Shown in pieces: positions 54,431 through 64,000 of a stretch of DNA of 64,000 nucleotides. The translations under genes and the position numbers were made by a program. The notes under the pieces were generated by a model. The model was given only the letters and a program-made list of their open reading frames with translations, was not told the origin of the DNA and did no database searches. The DNA is from Octopus vulgaris (taxonomy: Eukaryota). Location: the NCBI GenBank assembly GCA_951406725.2, contig OX597818.1, positions 16,988,001 through 17,052,000 of the forward strand, given 5' to 3'. The number at the start of each line of letters is the position of its first letter. The first letter of the stretch is position 1.

Positions 54431-54809
54431 TATAATGTGTGATACATGCATATATATGTATGTATCACACATGCTCGAGCTCCAGCGCGCGCTCACGCAC
54501 ATACACACATGCACTCATAGATACACGTACACACACGTACACAAACATACACGAGCATACACAGAAACAAAGCACAGCTTTTGAGATACTTACGGTAGTA
54601 ATTTTGTTTACGGCTCAACGGATATATATATATTTACCATTCTCTATTTACATTTCACGACCTTAAATTACATTCAAGAAATAATTTTCCACTTGTAAAG
54701 ATGAATGGGCGACTACTTTCAAAGACGTGAAACATTTCAGGGGAGATAACTTAACACAAATTACTAATCCTGTCAGTACGAAATCGTTCTGTTACAACAC
54801 ATAGTAAAG

Positions 54810-55055
54810 AGGCAAGCTGACAGAATCGTTAGCATGCCGGACAAAATGCTTGGCGGCATTTTGTCCGCCTTCACGTTCTGAGTTCAAATTCCTCTGACGT
54901 CGACTTTACCTTTAATCCTTTCTGAGTCGATAAAATAAGTACCAGTCGAGCACTTTCGGGGTCGATAAAATAAGTACCAGTTATGCACTGGGGTCGATGT
55001 AATCGACTGGCTCCCTCCCGCAAAATTCAGGCTGTGTGCCTATAGGAGAAAGGAA
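54810..55055 (+). mobile_element. Second tRNA-derived SINE family (other copies about 2195-2410, 11705-11910, 22110-22555)
   Basis: GAGCTGGCAGAATCGTTAG..GTTCAAATTCC head and GTCGACTTT..CCTTTC..GTCGATAAAATAAGTACCAG central domain. Confidence 0.85.
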
Positions 55056-55112
55056 CATGAGAGAAGATAAGATAAGAGAAGAGTAAAGCTGTATTGCTTC
55101 TGATGAAAGATT

Positions 55113-55118
55113 TTTATT
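55113..55118 (-). promoter_or_regulatory. Candidate polyadenylation signal of the GST gene
   Basis: AATAAA on the minus strand about 25 nt after the TAA stop. Confidence 0.5.
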
Positions 55119-55142
55119 TCAAGTATTTTTACACATCATCGT

Positions 55143-55307
55143 TTAGAACCTGCATTTTGGACGTCTCTCCAAATATGCGGCAATGGATGGTCGTTTAGCA
55201 ACATCCTCTCGAAGATTAGCCAAATTTGGGTAGTTCTTCAGCAAATTAACATCTTCCTGGACTGCGGTTTCCAATATGACGTAACAAGCAATATCCGCCA
55301 GGGAAAG
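55143..55307 (-). CDS. Sigma-class GST / S-crystallin family gene, terminal exon
   Basis: ttttcaattag|LSLADIACYVILETAVQEDVNLLKNYPNLANLREDVAKRPSIAAYLERRPKCRF*. Shows the GST N-capping box (SLAD), LLKxYPxL, and the P.IAAYL..RP...F C-terminus typical of sigma GSTs. Not in the ORF track because it has no start codon. Confidence 0.92.
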   Translation of the reverse strand, partial: LSLADIACYVILETAVQEDVNLLKNYPNLANLREDVAKRPSIAAYLERRPKCRF

Positions 55308-55403
55308 CTAATTGAAAAAAACGGATGCATTTAGAAAAAGCAAAACATGTGCGACCGCTCACACACGTGCATACACACATACACACACGCGCACACACAC
55401 ACG

Positions 55404-55447
<44 letters not shown>

Positions 55448-55613
55448 TCCCCCACACCCACACAGAGGATGGGCTTCCGTTTACCCGCTACCAAATCCAC
55501 TCCCAAGGATTTGGTTGGCTGGAGGTTATAGTAGAAAACACTTGTCCAAGTTGCCATGCAGCGAAACTAAAACCGGAACCATGAGGTTGGAAAGCAAACT
55601 TTTTTACACAGAG

Positions 55614-55850
55614 CCACGACTGCGCCTACACGACTGCGCCTACACAACTGCGCCTACACGACTGCGCCTACACGACTGCGCCTACACAACTGCGCCTACA
55701 CGACTGCGCCTACACGACTGCGCCTACACGACTGCGCCTACACGACTGCGCCTACAAGACTGCGCCTACACGACTGCGCCTACACGAATGCGCCTACACG
55801 ACTGCGTCTACACAACTGCGCCTACACGACTGCGCCTACACGACTGCGCT
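55614..55850. repeat. 14-bp minisatellite (CACGACTGCGCCTA) x about 17
   Basis: Directly visible; grows out of the 5' end of the adjacent minus-strand SINE. Confidence 0.95.
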
Positions 55851-56274
55851 TTACAAAGAAATAAAAAAGAACAATCAACTCAAAACTACTAGAATTACCA
55901 CTAACACAACCAGCATCAAGACTCTTCTTTTAACTAACACCCTAACTACAAATACTAGTTTCAAATTTCGGCACGGGATCAGCACTTACATTGACCCAAG
56001 TACTTATTTTAGACTGGTACTTATTTAATTGTTTCCGAAAGGATGAATGGCAGAGCCAATGTCAGTGGAATTTGAACTCAGAGCATAAAGACGTTCCTAT
56101 ATATACAATAGTCCGAGGCTTACTGTGTGGTAAGTAGTTTGGTTCTCAACTACGTAGTTCTGTGTTCAATCCTACTGTGTGATACCTTGGGCAAGTGTCT
56201 TTTACTATAGCCTCGAGCCGACCAAAGGCTTGTGAGTGGATTTGGTAGATGCAAGCTGAAAGAAACCCGTCGTG

Positions 56275-56338
<64 letters not shown>

Positions 56339-56575
56339 TGTGTGTGTGTATGTGTGTGTGTGTGAGCGAAACACCTTAACTCCACGCGGCTCCGGCAGAA
56401 GGTAATGGTGAACTTCTGCTGACTCTTTTACAACTTTCTTTCACTCTTTCCTCCTGCATCTTGCAGCTCACCTGCGACGGACCGGCGTCCCGTCCAGGTG
56501 GGGAACCTATACGCCAAGGAAACCGGGAAACCGGCCCTATGAGCCAGGTGTGGCTCCAGAAGGAACAAACAACAG

Positions 56576-56621
<46 letters not shown>

Positions 56622-56654
56622 TTTATTTAAAGCAGCAGAAAATTCAACAAAACC

Positions 56655-56690
56655 TGTTACTCTGAGTTTCCCGTTGCCGTTCATCGGACA
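56655..56690 (-). ncRNA. Hammerhead motif, fourth family (truncated copy at 61618-61650)
   Basis: tgt CCGATGA aCG gcaa CGg GAAAC tcaga GTA aca. The sister copy has ACG ggaa CGT, so a GNRA-capped stem II is kept in both. Confidence 0.5.
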
Positions 56691-56795
56691 TGTATTGTTA
56701 TATTTCGGAATGGTCATTTTGTCTGTTTAGCTTTTAATAAATATGTTGAGTGCCCTTGTTTCACTTGTCCCCCCCCCCACCACATATATATATAT

Positions 56796-59668
56796 AGAAA
56801 AGAAAGGAGTCATGGAGGAGTTGCTATGTACATCCGTGAGGACCTCACACCCCAGGTCCTTTTGTCATACTCAAACTCGGTGTGTGACACACTAATTGTA
56901 CATGTAAGGCAACTCGGTGTAGTTGTGTGTGCTACATATCGCCCTCCAGATGCCCCGAGCCATATGGGCAAGTTTGAAGACTGCCTTATAAAAATAGAAG
57001 AAGTTCTAGTCACACTAGAACAGCACATAAGTGTACTTCTCATGGGAGACTTCAACCTGCCCAATGTCAGATGGCCCGAGGGCCTTTCTCTCCCAGGAAT
57101 GACACGATGTGAACGGGGACAGGCGAGGTCCTTCCTGAATCTCATCAACACCCTGTACATGGAGCAAGTAATACTCCAACCAACCAGGGCAGGTAACACA
57201 CTGGATCTCTGCTTCACAAATAATATGGATCTCATCCATAATGTGAAAGTGACACCGACACTACTCTCGGATCACAACATGGTAGAGCTGACCATGTACG
57301 GGCCAAAGGAAAGCATGGACATGCAGCCTACAAGAAACTCTCAGAATCTTTCCAGCTTGAACTTCAATAAGGCAAACTGGAAACAAATTGAGAAAGAGAT
57401 CCTCAAACAAAACTGGCCTGAATGTCTCTCCTCGCCGGACATCGACATGAAACTTCAACAATTCATGTCTGTAATGCAAGCCATATGCTACAAATGTGTC
57501 CCAGAGAGAAAGGCCACTATACACAAGAACAAAATCCCCAGAGAGAGGAAAATTCTAATGAGACGGCGCACAAAAATCACGAATCGCCTAAACAAACAAA
57601 TTGAAAGCAGTGAAAAGTCCCGCCTGAAAATGAAACTGTTGGAAATTGAAAACTGTCTGCAACTCTCCCATGAAAAGGAAAGAGCAGACAAAGAAGCCTG
57701 GGCTATAGACAACATAAAATCTAACCCCAGAGCTTTCTACAGGTATGCCAAAGAAACAGCTACGGTGCACTGTAGGATAGGGCCACTCCTTGAAAGGGAT
57801 GGCACACTCACAGGAAATCCAATGAGGGTAAGTGAAATACTAAATGAGCAATTCAAGAGTGTTTTCACCCCACCCTTGGGCATTTCCAAATCAGCAATCC
57901 AACTGACTTCTTCACCACTGCAGATATGGGGTCAGAGGCGGCGATGATTGATTACATCAATATAAAGGAAGACGATGTAATAAAGGTTATAGATGAGATA
58001 GAAACAAACTCAGCTACTGGCCCCGATGGATTCCCAGCAATCCTTCTAAAAGTATGTAAGAGGTTCCTAGCAAGGCCACTGCGGTCTCTCTTTCAGAGCT
58101 TCCTTGCAACTGGCAAACTTCCAAGTAAACTGAAGGAAGGTAAAATATGCCCTATTCATAAAGGAGGTAGCAGAGCGGAGGCCAAGAACTACAGACCTAT
58201 CTCCCTAACCTCACACATCAGCAAGGTCATGGAACGAATAGTCAGAAGGAAACTAATCACCTTCCTTGAAGAAAATGACTTACTGCCTGACACCCAACAT
58301 GGTTTCCGACCAGGAAGAAGCTGCTTAACTCAGCTCCTACAACACTATGACTGGGTGCTGAAACAACTGCTCAACCACTCAAATGTGGAAGTCATATATC
58401 TCGACTTTGCAAAGGCCTTTGATAAAGTCGATCATGGAATGATATGTCACAAACTGCGTGATCTTGGCATAGTTGGAAAATTGGGAGAATGGCTTCATGA
58501 CTTTCTGAAGAATAGAAGTCAGGTGGTAACAGCCAATGGGGCCACTTCCATTAACACGCAAATAGTGAGCGGTGTTCCGCAGGGCACTGTTTTGGGACCA
58601 CTACTGTTCATAATGGCCCTCTCAGACATGCCCTCAGCCACGCAGAGAGCCACGATCACAAGTTATGCAGATGATACAAAAGTCTCACAGGCAATACAGA
58701 ACCCTGAAGACACTAAGCACCTGCAATGTGAGCTGGACGAAATATACAAGTGGGCTGAAAAGAATAGCATGCAGTTCAATGCTGAAAAGTTTCAAGCTTT
58801 ATACTATCAGCATGCAAAACTGAATGCAATACCCAATGAATACACTGGATCCGGAGGGATTGCAATCCCAGAGGCACAATCAGTGCGTGACTTGGGTATT
58901 CACATGAGTGATGACGCGACCTTTCATGTACATGTTGCTAAACTGGCAATGAAATGTAGACGGCTGGCTGGCTGGATTCTTAGAACCTTTAGAACAAGAG
59001 AACAAGAAACCATGATGGTCCTCTGGAAGACACTTGTCCTAAGCCACTTTGACTATTGCTCTCAGCTATGGTCACCATCCACTGTCAAGTTGATCACAGA
59101 ACTTGAGGCGATCCAACGAAGCTACACGAAGAAGATAGCCTCTGTGCAGCATATGAGCTACTGGGAAAGACTCAAGAGATTAAAGCTCTATTCCCTGGAG
59201 CGTAGGCGAGAAAGATATGCCATAATATATATCTGGAAGATCCTGGAAGGACTTGTCCCAAACTTTGGCATCGAGAGTCACACAAATGCCAGAACCGGGC
59301 GCCACTGCGTAGTACCAAGGACTCCAAATTTGCCATCAAGATGTAGGACAAGATATTGTGATAGCCTGGGCTTCAGAGGCCCACAGCTCTTCAATATCCT
59401 CCCAAAGAACCTGAGGGACCTGCATGGTGTAGATGCGGATGTCTTTAAAGTAGGACTGGACCTCTTCCTGTCAGGTGTCCCGGATGAACCAACTTCACGG
59501 CAGGAGGTGCAGATGAGGGCAGCTGCATCGAACTCTCTCATGCATCAGATGGCGTTTGCTAAAAAGCATCCGTGAGGTAAAATCGTGTAGCGGACCAGAT
59601 GGCGGTGCCCCAGCATGGTCACAGCTCATTAGCTGAAACTGGAAAAATCAAAATCAAAATCAAAAATC
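56796..59668 (+). mobile_element. CR1/L2-group LINE, 5'-truncated inside the APE endonuclease, antisense in the GST intron
   Basis: ORF 56826..57947 has YRPP, GDFN, LDL and SDH endonuclease motifs. ORF 57926..59575 has YRPISL, QHGFR, YLDFAKAFD, SGVPQG, YADD and LERRR. One frameshift near 57880; (AAAATC)n tail. Confidence 0.95.
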
Positions 59669-60322
59669 ATATACAGATATGCATATTGAGTACAGGACGT
59701 CACCAATAGTAAACAACATGAAGTACGAAAATAAATGAGTTAAATGCGCAAACAACGAGAGAAAAAATGGAAAACAGGACAAGTAACACAAAGAACGACA
59801 CTTCATCAGTTGTCGGCTGTCTATCTACCCTTCATTTCGAGCATTCAACGTCAATATGAGGCTTCGAAGACAGTTGCTCCCATAAATATCAAAATAAAAT
59901 CTTGGATTTATGAAGAGTCAATTTTGGGAACAAAAACAGGACATTGGTGACATACAAGGAAGCCGAACGAAAACAAACATGGAGGATCATTAGACCAGAA
60001 CGCTGAGAGAAATATTTTCATTGAAAAGAGAAAAGATAGAAGACGTCTAGTCCTTAGGAAGTCGTGGAGGAAAAAAAAGATGATCACATAAGGAAAAGAA
60101 AGATGGACGATGGTCACGTGTGAGCAGCGAGAGAGAGAGAGAGAGAGAAAAAAGAGAAAGAGGGAGAGAGAGAGAAAGATAAAAACGGCGAAGGGGAGAA
60201 AAAGGGAATTAGAGATGGATGCGCTAGAAAACAGTATAGAATAGAGTTGCAATAAAAAGGTTACGATAAACTTACTTGGAAATGGATGCGTGGCGTTCAA
60301 TTAAATAATAATATAAATAAAT

Positions 60323-60356
<34 letters not shown>

Positions 60357-60944
60357 CATATACATATATATATATATACATATACATATACATACATATA
60401 TATGTATATATATATATGTGTGTGTGTGTCCTTGCTGGCCTGCCTTTGCAGGCCAGCAAGGACACCGTGATGGTGTCGGCTCTTCTGGTGACGTCAATAG
60501 TCGCCTGGGGCTAAATGCATCAGTAACACCCCCACCACCCCGCCCTGTCCCTAGCCACATTCAGATGGCTGATCCCGCTTATATTAAAGAGCAGTTACTG
60601 TTTATACCTCGCTCAGAGATTTATTATTGTATATATATATATATATATATATATACATAAATTATTAGAGAGTTAACCACTATGTGGATAACTCTAGTGC
60701 TAAAAATAGCCCCGATAGTATAGCCACAGAAAAAGATGTTTCCAATTAGAAATAACATACATTTAACGGACGGAAAGTGAAATATAACAAATAAATAGAT
60801 TGACCCTGAACAAATTGTTTCATTACTAATGTAATATGTAATTTGACTTACATAAACATCTATAAATCATCAGCAGAGGTTTGTCTTAAATACAATCCAT
60901 TAGACCGACACGAGCGTCAAAAACACGTGCGGTTTAACGATATA

Positions 60945-61018
<74 letters not shown>

Positions 61019-61114
61019 CATAATAAATAATATTAAGGTAATAAAAATTATAGAAATTATTATTACCAATGGCCCTAGCACAAAAAAAATTAGTCAATAG
61101 ACTATATATTATTC

Positions 61115-61471
61115 ACATAAAAATATCGTGTACATTAAAACACATTAAGGGGCTTCCAAATAGGAAACCCTTGTACTAGGAGGAGCAGTAGAAAACTCAA
61201 ACCACTAATTAGGGATAAATTCTCGAAAGGAATGAAAATTAAAAACATTTACCATCTAATTTAGTTCCTAGACTAAATATATTTTTTTTACTGAAATTAG
61301 TCAGAAACCATGGTCTAGGAACTAAATTAGATGGTAAACGTTTTTAATTTTCATTCTTTTCGAGAATTTATCCCTAATTAGCGGTTTGAGTTTTCTACTG
61401 TTCTTTCTAGCACAAGGCTTTTCTATTTGGAAGCCTCTTAATGTGTTTTAATGTACACGATATTTTTATGT
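61115..61471. repeat. Inverted repeat, about 159-bp arms, 39-bp spacer
   Basis: 61115-61273 versus 61313-61471; 10 substitutions by my alignment. Confidence 0.9.
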
Positions 61472-61672
61472 ATATATATTTATACCGGAATATATTTATG
61501 CATATATATATACCGGAGTAAACACATAAATGTGAAACAAGGTGGTAAAAAGAGTACTCAAATACCAGGGGTAGAGTAATATGCTTTATTTAAAAGCAGC
61601 AGAAATTCAACAAAACCTGTTACTCGGAGTTTCACGTTCCCGTTCAACGAATTTCTGCTGCTTTTAAATAAA

Positions 61673-61740
<68 letters not shown>

Positions 61741-61828
61741 GTATGTATATGTAGATACATATATATATGGGCGTGTGAGTGTGTGCAAAAGTGAGTGAGA
61801 GAACAAGAGAGGGAGAAAGTGAGAGTTT

Positions 61829-61886
<58 letters not shown>

Positions 61887-62281
61887 CTGAGTAGTGACGG
61901 CGAGTATGAACATCAACGATATGACCGAGAGAAAATGCCACAGGTGAGCGTGTTTTACTGAACAGAAATGCAGTAAGGTCCCATCTATATGATATAATGC
62001 CTGAAATATACCTGCTGCTTTCAGCACCAAGCTTAAAATATTAGATTTACTCTAAAATTCATTGTTTACACGGTCCAAAAATGTTAATATGCGCATGAGA
62101 CTATTGAAGACTTCCTGTGTTTAAATTTTAAACATTCATAGGTAGGGGCCTCTACGAATTATGTGGATAATTTTAGTTGATCGAAGTCTTTGAGCTCGAA
62201 ATGTTAAATCGGTAGTTGCAAAAAGTCGTTGCTCAGATGTGTGAGAGAAACAACTTTTACCAACCACCGTTTTTTTTCTAA

Positions 62282-62321
62282 ATATCCTGATGAAGGGGTC
62301 TTCACCCCGAAATATAGAAGT
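62282..62321 (+). ncRNA. Hammerhead motif, fifth family
   Basis: CTGATGA a GGGG tcttca CCCC GAAA TATA gaagt; helix I is partly decayed. Confidence 0.5.
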
Positions 62322-62419
62322 ACAAGGCAAAACTGCAAATTTGTTCTGATTTATTTTCCTTCTGTAATTTACTTTGTGCCTTCTCGCATTATTCAGGCCT
62401 TGAACAACAATCTTCTTTA

Positions 62420-63010
62420 AAATGTATGTATGTATGTATGTATGTTATATGCATGTATGCATGTATGTATGCATGTATGTATGTCTGTCTGCCTGTATGT
62501 ATGTATGTGTGTATGTATATATGTATGTGTGTGTATGCATGTATTTATGCATGTATGTACGTCTGTCTGCCTGTATGTATGTATGTATGTGCATGCATGT
62601 ATGCATGTATGTATGTCTGTCTGTCTGCCTGTATGTATGTATGTATGTATGTGTGTATGTATGTATGTATGTATGTATGTATGTATGTATGTATGTATGT
62701 ATGTATGTATGTATGTATGTATGTATGTATGCATGTATGTATGTATGTAAGTATATATGTATGTATGTATGTATGCGTGTATGTATGTATGTGTATGCAT
62801 GTATGCATGTATGTATGTCTGTCTGTCTGCCTGTATGTATGTATGTATGTATGCATGTATGCATGTATGTATGTATGTATGTATGTATGTATGTATGTAT
62901 GTATGTATGTATATATGTATGTATGTATGTATGTATGCATGTATGTATGTATGTGTATGTATGTATACATGTATGTATGTCTGTCTGCTTGTATGTATGT
63001 ATGTATATTT
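62420..63010. repeat. Compound (ATGT)n microsatellite; many other (TA)n, (CA)n, (GA)n and (TAA)n tracts occur across the window
   Basis: Directly visible; source of the MYVC/HTYI spurious ORFs. Confidence 0.95.
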
Positions 63011-63169
63011 ATTCTAGTATTATGATAAAGAGTAACATATTTATTTAATTATCGCTTTAATTACCGCTTTACTGATAATGCATTTTCCGTGTATTTCCCA
63101 CGGGAACGAATTAGTTTTAAATATTTTAAACTGAGTACGTATCTAAGATAACCACCATTTCTCTGCAGT

Positions 63170-63375
63170 GGGAAGTCACAACTCCATTACTATGGACATG
63201 TGATTAGATTCTTCAAACCGAATAAACCGGCAGGAGACCTATGCGAGATGCTTGGATAATATCCGCTGTCTCAGTTGGTCAAGCTTGAGACTCCCACCAG
63301 AAAGCGTAATGGTAGTTGCTTCTGCTAGAACCCTGTGACGGAGTGGCATGACGACTCTACTCCGACGAACGACCT
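63170..63375 (+). mobile_element. Degenerate RTE-like LINE 3' fragment
   Basis: QLHYYGHVIR and ..RCLDNIRCLSWS.L.LPPE.V..VAS.RTL*R remnants in two frames. Confidence 0.5.
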
Positions 63376-63445
63376 CTCCTCACGCATTAGGAATAGTAGG
63401 TGCAGAAGTTGGTTGGCTAAAGGATATTTTAAGCACCAAACTTAC

Positions 63446-63544
63446 GGAATTCCCCACTATGTGTAGTTGGCCAGGTTTCAGCTTGCTTTCCACATATTCA
63501 AGAACTCTTTCACAAACTTCATTATATCTTTCTGTCACTTTCCT
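63446..63544 (-). CDS. Sigma-class GST / S-crystallin family gene, penultimate exon (99 nt, phase 0-0)
   Basis: ttttttttcag|RKVTERYNEVCERVLEYVESKLKPGQLHIVGNS|gtaagt. Resembles helix 5 and the VGNS turn of cephalopod sigma GST and joins the 55.3-kb exon in frame. Confidence 0.85.
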
Positions 63545-64000
63545 CTGAAAAAAAAAATTAAAAATTAAAAACATAATAGAAATCAAACTGAATATTATAC
63601 ATGCAGGATAAAGCAGTGAGCTGGCTGAATGGTTAGCTCGTCGGATAAAATGCTTAGCGGCATTTCGTCCGTCTCTATATACCCCTTTTTTTAATTACTA
63701 GTTTTAGTACTTTAATTGCGTCGCTGCAATTATATACGGGAGCACCGCGTTCAATGGTTATTTTTAATTGATAGTATCGCCGTCAAAATTTAGTATTGTC
63801 CCGTCTCATCGGTATTGCGTTCAAAACTAGACATTGCGTAAATAATAGAACATTAATATCTCTCTATAGTTCAGTGACATATCCGACATTGATTTATTGA
63901 GATGTGGTAAGGTGCAAGAAACATGATTATTTAATAAACGAAATTATACTTTATCAAAAAAAGTTCTTGAGAATATTGAAAGGAACACATCGCACAGTAC

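Noticed and set aside
62417-63048. Long ORFs of [12 protein letters not shown] type here and at 38.2, 40.4, 43.7, 48.5, 52.2 and 55.3 kb
   Set aside because: Translations of microsatellites that happen to lack stop codons.
63230-63445. Stop-codon readthrough or oligoribonuclease-like ORF continuing past GNSV
   Set aside because: A perfect gtaagt donor follows GNS and joins the GST terminal exon; the downstream open stretch is antisense to a decayed LINE.

Overview
AT-rich, microsatellite- and transposon-dense animal DNA, most likely an octopus (coleoid cephalopod) judging by its SINE/LINE families and a squid-like sigma-class GST; the organism is an inference. I reconstructed two spliced minus-strand genes by hand. 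(1) POGLUT1/rumi (protein O-glucosyltransferase 1): seven coding exons from the signal-peptide exon at 37138 down to 1639, all with consistent GT-AG phases, continuing off the left edge. (2) The last two exons (63446-63544 and 55143-55307) of a sigma-class glutathione S-transferase/S-crystallin family gene, continuing off the right edge. The rest is mobile DNA: young 5'-truncated RTE and CR1/L2 LINEs, a decayed Penelope-like element, an RLE-type LINE fragment, Helitrons, a DD41D Tc1/mariner element, hAT and mariner relics, piggyBac-like MITEs and many tRNA-derived SINEs. The most interesting unexplained signal is a set of short (TA)n-embedded elements between about 38 and 62.5 kb carrying minimal hammerhead-ribozyme motifs, several with a variant CCGA core and several in fold-back form, including a spacer-less 168-bp palindrome with a hammerhead motif on each strand. 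Also notable are long hairpins in introns, two POGLUT1 exons that begin with 5' splice-site consensus, and an apparent CpG-depletion boundary near 34 kb. All calls are by eye; no searches or folding were run.
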